Positions 59,354-64,000 of a stretch of DNA of 64,000 bases are shown in pieces. Location: contig JBMYYK010000002.1 of NCBI GenBank assembly GCA_049609325.1, positions 10,382 through 74,381 on the forward strand, in the 5' to 3' direction. Both the position numbers and the translations under genes were made by a program. The notes beneath the pieces are model-generated. The model saw only the letters and a program-made list of their open reading frames with translations. It had not been told where the DNA came from and did not search any database. This DNA comes from Flavobacteriaceae bacterium (lineage in GTDB: Bacteria; Bacteroidota; Bacteroidia; Flavobacteriales; Flavobacteriaceae). Numbering within the stretch: the stretch's first letter is position 1; the number at the start of each line of letters is the position of its first letter.

Positions 59354-59403
59354 TTTAACAGCTTGTTAAAGTCATGTTAATATACAATTAGTTGGTAACT
59401 AAT
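59354..59403. promoter_or_regulatory. Phased TTAA repeats plus a 7-bp inverted repeat in the OMP gene leader
   Basis: TTAA cores at 59355, 59366 and 59377, with TTAG at 59388 (all 11 bp apart). ATTAGTTggtAACTAAT is a perfect inverted repeat at 59387-59403. Confidence 0.35.
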
Positions 59404-59464
59404 GAAACTCTTGGTCGTCTTGTAGTCAAAATCATTACAAAAAACATCATTCAAAAAACTAAAC

Positions 59465-61873
59465 ATGAAAAAACTAATTCAACTGTCAATAATGTTATTC
59501 GCTGTAATAACATTTGCACAAGAAAAAGCCCCAAAAATAGGGAGTGTTTCTGGTAAAGTTATTGACCAAACCACTCAAGAAACCTTACCGTATGTAAGTA
59601 TTATCATTAAAGATTTTCAAGGCACTGTTATTACTGGTGGTATCACAAATGACGAAGGTGTATTTAAAGTCACTAAAATTCCTGCTGGAGAACAAACTGT
59701 AGAAGTTCAGTTTATAGGGTATAAAACTGATACTCGAAAAATTGTGTTCTCAAGGCAAAACGCTAAACATGAATTAGGGACTATTGCTTTGGCTGAAGAT
59801 GCCGCTGAACTTGATGAAGTGGTAGTTGTTGCCGAAACCTCAAGCGTAGTTCAAAAAATTGATAGAAAGGTTATTAATGTAGGTAAAGATTTAACTTCTG
59901 CGGGTACAACTGCTTCAGAACTTTTAAATAATGTACAATCTGTAAGCGTTGATTCGCAAACAGGAAACATCAGTCTTAGAGGTAACGAGAATGTACGTGT
60001 GTTAGTAGATGGTAAACCGTCAAACATTAGTGTAGCCGATTTATTGAAACAAATTCCTTCTACGTCTATCAAACAGGTTGAACTCATCACCAACCCGTCT
60101 GCGAAATATAGCCCTGAAGGAATGAGTGGAATGATTAATATCGTTTTACATAAAAACGCAAACCAAGGATTTAATGGTAGTGTGAATACTGGTATCACGC
60201 AAGGAGAAAACACTCGTTTTAACGGATCTTTTGACATGAATTACAAAACCGGAAAAGTCAATTTCTTTGGAAATTATGGTTACAATACCGGTAAAAACGA
60301 CAACTTCGGTCATATTAACAGACGAGGCAGCACCCCGTTATTACAAGAGTTTAACAATACTGATGAGCGTGAATCGCACTTATTTAAAGTTGGAGCCGAT
60401 ATTTACTTTAATGATAAAAACACATTATCATTTTACACCACACAAAATCTTAGTAACAATATCCAAGACGGAAGAACAAAAGTGACTATTGCCGATGTTC
60501 TAGACACGAATGCGCCAAACTTTGCAGACAGAACATCTAACTCTGGTACTTATAATTTAAATTATAAAATTGATTTTGACGATAAAAACACGCATAACCT
60601 GGAGTTTGAAGCCACGTATTCTAAGGCAAATTCTCCAGAAATAGCACATTATAAAGAGTTAATTGACCCATCAGATTTAATTACAAATTACGATAATGAT
60701 GTTGAAAATGAAACCGATAACTTTATATTCAACTTAGATTATACCGTACCACTTTTTATCGATGGAAAACTAGAAGTTGGAGCTGAGATAAGAACCAACA
60801 ACACATCTAATTCAAATGTCTCTAATCAGCATGAGTATGAATATGATATAAATGGGAATGTTATTGGCACACAGCCAATTGGAAATTCTGCTTTTGATTA
60901 TGACCGTTCAATCTATTCAGCATACACCAATTATGGTCATAAATTCGGAAAATTAACCATGCAATTAGGTGTGCGTTTAGAACAATATGAAGTTAATGGT
61001 GATTTTAGGCGAGGGACTGCAACTGCTGATTATAATGATCATATTTTTAGTGCTTACCCATCAGCATTTTTCACTTATACTCCATCAGAAAAAAATCAAT
61101 TTCAAATCAGTTATAGCCGTAGAGTAGACCGACCAGGTATTGGGCAGGTAAACCCAATAAGGCAATGGAGCACACCATTAATTACTTCTGTTGGTAACCC
61201 TGAATTGAATCCTCAATTCACTAACTCTTATGAAGCTAATTACACTCGTCAAATCAAAAATGGGTCATTTACATTCGGAGCATTCTATCGTAAAGTAACC
61301 GATAACATTTCACGTTATTCAACTATAGACCCATTAGATGACACAAAACAGTTGTTATCATTCACAAACTTTGATGACACTGACCGTTACGGATTTGAAA
61401 TTTCTTCAAACTACAAAGTGGCAAAATGGTGGCGTATAAATGCTAGTGCAGATTATTACGCTAAAAAAGAGCAAAACATAGATAGAGAAATTGACGCAAC
61501 AGTTTTTAACGCCAGAATAAGTAACAGTTTTACAGCAACAAAGCGTTTACGTTTTCAGTTATTTTCAATGTACAGAGGTGCAGAAAATGGCGTGCAGTTT
61601 AACAGAAAACCAATGTGGATGATAAATGCCGGTTCTAGTCTATCAGTCCTAAACAATAAAGGAACCATTAGTTTTAGAGTTAATGACATTTTTAAGGGAA
61701 TGAAATTTGAATTCGATTCTACACAACCATATACGCAAAGCGGGCAATTTAACTGGGAAAGCAGAACAGCTTATTTAGGATTTAATTACCGTTTTGGTGG
61801 TGGAAAAAACAGAGCACGTCAGCGTAAACAACGTGACAACAACGAAACCCAAGGTGGTGGCGGAATGATGTAG
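59465..61873 (+). CDS. TonB-dependent-receptor-like outer-membrane beta-barrel protein (CarboxypepD_reg + plug + barrel)
   Basis: 802 aa. Signal peptide, SGKVIDQTTQETLPYVSIII (carboxypeptidase-regulatory-like), plug NVQSVSVDSQTGNISLRG, barrel ending AYLGFNYRF, followed by a 25-aa Gly/Arg/Gln tail. Confidence 0.88.
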   Translation: MKKLIQLSIMLFAVITFAQEKAPKIGSVSGKVIDQTTQETLPYVSIIIKDFQGTVITGGITNDEGVFKVTKIPAGEQTVEVQFIGYKTDTRKIVFSRQNAKHELGTIALAEDAAELDEVVVVAETSSVVQKIDRKVINVGKDLTSAGTTASELLNNVQSVSVDSQTGNISLRGNENVRVLVDGKPSNISVADLLKQIPSTSIKQVELITNPSAKYSPEGMSGMINIVLHKNANQGFNGSVNTGITQGENTRFNGSFDMNYKTGKVNFFGNYGYNTGKNDNFGHINRRGSTPLLQEFNNTDERESHLFKVGADIYFNDKNTLSFYTTQNLSNNIQDGRTKVTIADVLDTNAPNFADRTSNSGTYNLNYKIDFDDKNTHNLEFEATYSKANSPEIAHYKELIDPSDLITNYDNDVENETDNFIFNLDYTVPLFIDGKLEVGAEIRTNNTSNSNVSNQHEYEYDINGNVIGTQPIGNSAFDYDRSIYSAYTNYGHKFGKLTMQLGVRLEQYEVNGDFRRGTATADYNDHIFSAYPSAFFTYTPSEKNQFQISYSRRVDRPGIGQVNPIRQWSTPLITSVGNPELNPQFTNSYEANYTRQIKNGSFTFGAFYRKVTDNISRYSTIDPLDDTKQLLSFTNFDDTDRYGFEISSNYKVAKWWRINASADYYAKKEQNIDREIDATVFNARISNSFTATKRLRFQLFSMYRGAENGVQFNRKPMWMINAGSSLSVLNNKGTISFRVNDIFKGMKFEFDSTQPYTQSGQFNWESRTAYLGFNYRFGGGKNRARQRKQRDNNETQGGGGMM

Positions 61874-61903
61874 TGGTAAATCACTACAGATAATAATTCA
61901 ACT

Positions 61904-61944
61904 AAAAAAAGTCCGAATTTGCACTTACGCATTCGGACTTTTTT
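61904..61944. terminator. Bidirectional terminator between the OMP gene and fabH
   Basis: aaaaaaaGTCCGAAT-12 nt-ATTCGGACtttttt. Confidence 0.85.
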
Positions 61945-61967
61945 AATATTAATTTAGCTTGATAAGC

Positions 61968-62978
61968 TTACCATTTTATAATAGCGCTTCCCCAAGTAAA
62001 ACCACTACCAAAAGCGGCTAAAACTACAGTATCACCTTCTTTAATTTTTCCTTCTTCCCACGCTTCACATAAAGCAATAGGAATTGATGCTGCAGTAGTA
62101 TTACCGTACTTCTGGATATTATTAAATACTTGGTCATTAGACAGTCCAAATTTCTTCTGAATGAATTGAGCAATTCTTAAATTCGCTTGATGCGGAATTA
62201 ACATATCAATTGCATCTTTATCCAGATTGTTTGTCTTTAAGCCTTCCATAATGACTTCTGAAAAACGAACTACAGCATTTTTAAATACAAACTGTCCGTT
62301 CATATACGGGAAATAACTCAAATCTGTAGGGTCATTATCTTTTATGATATCCGTTACCCAACGCGTTCCCATTCCAGGAGCTTCAGTAGCAAGTTCTAAT
62401 GCATGCTTCCCTTCAGAATGTAAATGTGTAGACAACACTCCTTTAGAATTATCTTCTTCACGCGTCATGACAACAGCACCAGCACCATCACCAAAAATTA
62501 CAGAAACACTACGTCCTCGTGTTGATTTATCAATCCCTCTAGATTGTAACTCAGAACCGATAACTAAAATATTTTTATACATCCCGGTTTTAATAAACTG
62601 ATCTGCTACCGAAACGGCATAAATGAACCCTGAACATTGATTACGAACATCTAACGCCCCTACCGTTTTAATACCTAAAGCTTCTTGAATTTGAACTCCA
62701 GGCCCTGGAAAAAAATAATCCGGACTTAAGGTTGCAAAAACAATAAAATCTATATCATCTTTATCTAAACCTGAACGCTCAATGGCTTGCTTGGCAGCTT
62801 CAAGTCCCATAGTAAACGTTGTTTCTTTATCCTCCGGCTTTGCCCAACGACGTTCCTTTATACCAGTTCGTTCGGTAATCCAGTCATCATTAGTATCCAT
62901 GATTTTAGACAAATCATCATTTGTCACTACATTTTCAGGAACATACTTCCCTACTCCTATTATCTTTGAATTGTACAT
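61968..62978 (-). CDS. fabH: 3-oxoacyl-ACP synthase III
   Basis: MYNSKIIGVGKYVPENVV start (62978) is preferred over the 25-codon extension. Active site NQCSGFIYA, PHQANLRI, GNTTAASIP. Confidence 0.93.
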   Translation of the reverse strand: MYNSKIIGVGKYVPENVVTNDDLSKIMDTNDDWITERTGIKERRWAKPEDKETTFTMGLEAAKQAIERSGLDKDDIDFIVFATLSPDYFFPGPGVQIQEALGIKTVGALDVRNQCSGFIYAVSVADQFIKTGMYKNILVIGSELQSRGIDKSTRGRSVSVIFGDGAGAVVMTREEDNSKGVLSTHLHSEGKHALELATEAPGMGTRWVTDIIKDNDPTDLSYFPYMNGQFVFKNAVVRFSEVIMEGLKTNNLDKDAIDMLIPHQANLRIAQFIQKKFGLSNDQVFNNIQKYGNTTAASIPIALCEAWEEGKIKEGDTVVLAAFGSGFTWGSAIIKW

Positions 62979-63130
62979 ATATGCGTCATTTTCTAAAGCG
63001 CAAAAATACGACAATAAAACCTGTAGGGCAAATTCTAAATTGACTACTGCCATCTTGACACCAGCACAAAAATGGTATTCTATTTGCCTATTTACTTCAC
63101 AGATAAAAATTTATTAAAATATATATTACA

Positions 63131-64000
63131 ATGGCAAAAGGAAACATTAATGTATCGGTAGAAAATATCTTCCCGTTAATTAAAAAGTTTTTATACTCAG
63201 ATCACGAAATTTTTTTAAGAGAGCTTATCTCTAACGCAACAGATGCTACGCTTAAACTAAAACACTTAACGCAAATTGGTGAATCTAAAGTTGAATATGG
63301 TAATCCAATCATTGAAGTAAAAGTTGATAAAGAAGGTAAAAAAATTCATATTATCGACCAAGGATTAGGGATGACTTCTGATGAAGTAGAGAAATACATC
63401 AACCAAATTGCATTTTCAGGAGCTAATGAGTTTTTAGAACAATACAAAGAAAAAGTTGAAGATGCAGGAATTATCGGACACTTCGGTTTAGGATTCTATT
63501 CTGCATTTATGGTTGCAGAAAAGGTTGAATTAATTACAAAATCTCATAAAGACGAGCCGGCTGCTCACTGGACTTGTGATGGATCTCCTGAGTTTACTTT
63601 AGAAACACACGACAAAACTGATAGAGGTACAGAAATCATATTACATGTTGCTGAAGATTCTTTAGAGTTTTTAGACGACAACAAAATTGGTGGCTTACTT
63701 ACCAAATACAATAAGTTTATGCCTGTTCCTATTAAATTCGGAACTAAGACAGAAACATTACCATTAGCAGAAGACGCCGCCGAAGATGCTAAACCAGAAA
63801 CAATAACCGTAGATAACATCATCAATAACCCTAATCCAGCATGGACTAAACAGCCATCAGAATTAGAAGCTGATGATTACAAAGGATTCTATAGAGAATT
63901 ATACCCTTCGCAGTTTGAAGAGCCGTTATTCAATATTCACTTAAACGTTGATTATCCATTTAACCTTACAGGAATTTTATATTTCCCTAAGTTATCAAAC
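63131..64000 (+). CDS. htpG: Molecular chaperone HtpG (Hsp90), N-terminal 290 codons; continues past the window end
   Basis: Absent from the ORF track (no stop in the window). My translation from ATG 63131 is MAKGNINVSVENIFPLIKKFLYSDHEIFLRELISNATDATLKLKHL...GHFGLGFYSAFMVA. The antisense ORF 63565-63825 is a shadow. Confidence 0.9.
   Translation, partial: MAKGNINVSVENIFPLIKKFLYSDHEIFLRELISNATDATLKLKHLTQIGESKVEYGNPIIEVKVDKEGKKIHIIDQGLGMTSDEVEKYINQIAFSGANEFLEQYKEKVEDAGIIGHFGLGFYSAFMVAEKVELITKSHKDEPAAHWTCDGSPEFTLETHDKTDRGTEIILHVAEDSLEFLDDNKIGGLLTKYNKFMPVPIKFGTKTETLPLAEDAAEDAKPETITVDNIINNPNPAWTKQPSELEADDYKGFYRELYPSQFEEPLFNIHLNVDYPFNLTGILYFPKLSN

Noticed and set aside
59405-59460. Fur-box-like AATCATTA / ACATCATT words upstream of the OMP gene
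   Set aside because: This is only a partial match to half of the 19-bp enterobacterial Fur consensus, in very AT-rich sequence. It is not distinguishable from background by eye.
1-64000. Search for tRNA, rRNA, tmRNA, RNase P or SRP RNA, CRISPR repeats, IS elements or transposases, integrases, prophage genes, restriction-modification or other defence genes
   Set aside because: None was found. All spacers longer than 100 bp are AT-rich without structured-RNA signatures. There are no regularly spaced direct repeats of 25-40 bp and no ORF with transposase, integrase or nuclease motifs.

Overview
This window looks like core chromosome from an AT-rich member of the Bacteroidota, most likely family Flavobacteriaceae. 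The evidence is gldF/gldG gliding-motility genes, a cargo protein with a type IX secretion (T9SS) C-terminal sorting domain, many TAnnTTTG -7 promoter boxes 15-45 nt before start codons, and no Shine-Dalgarno-like sequences. I call 66 protein-coding genes. Two are partial genes missing from the ORF track: a lipoprotein running off the left edge and htpG running off the right edge. The rest are tightly packed housekeeping genes, including purC, phoH, dnaK, sdaA, panB, comM, dsbD, tilS, pabB, recQ, kpsF, tatC, lptB, pssA, prmC, ribD, dnaA, mltG, dapF, htrA, gap, trmD, rplS, gldF, gldG, dnaN, menD, recR, slyD and fabH. Fifteen clear rho-independent hairpin terminators sit mostly between convergent genes. 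I found no rRNA, tRNA, CRISPR array, transposase, integrase or phage genes, and no recognisable defence or toxin-antitoxin module. I do not see a convincing novel multi-gene system. The items most worth a second look are: (1) an 11-bp-phased (G/T)TTAA array upstream of htrA that shares exact 11-mer and 9-mer words with the leader of an outer-membrane beta-barrel gene 20 kb away; (2) a ribD whose conserved N-terminus is encoded upstream of any canonical start codon, in an ATAA stop/start overlap; (3) a single-domain DEAD-box-like protein with degenerate motifs, plus an extra membrane ORF translationally coupled between gldF and gldG; (4) a tightly coupled four-gene operon ending in an unrecognisable 177-aa protein. 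All functional calls come from reading the translated ORFs for family motifs. No database search was run.
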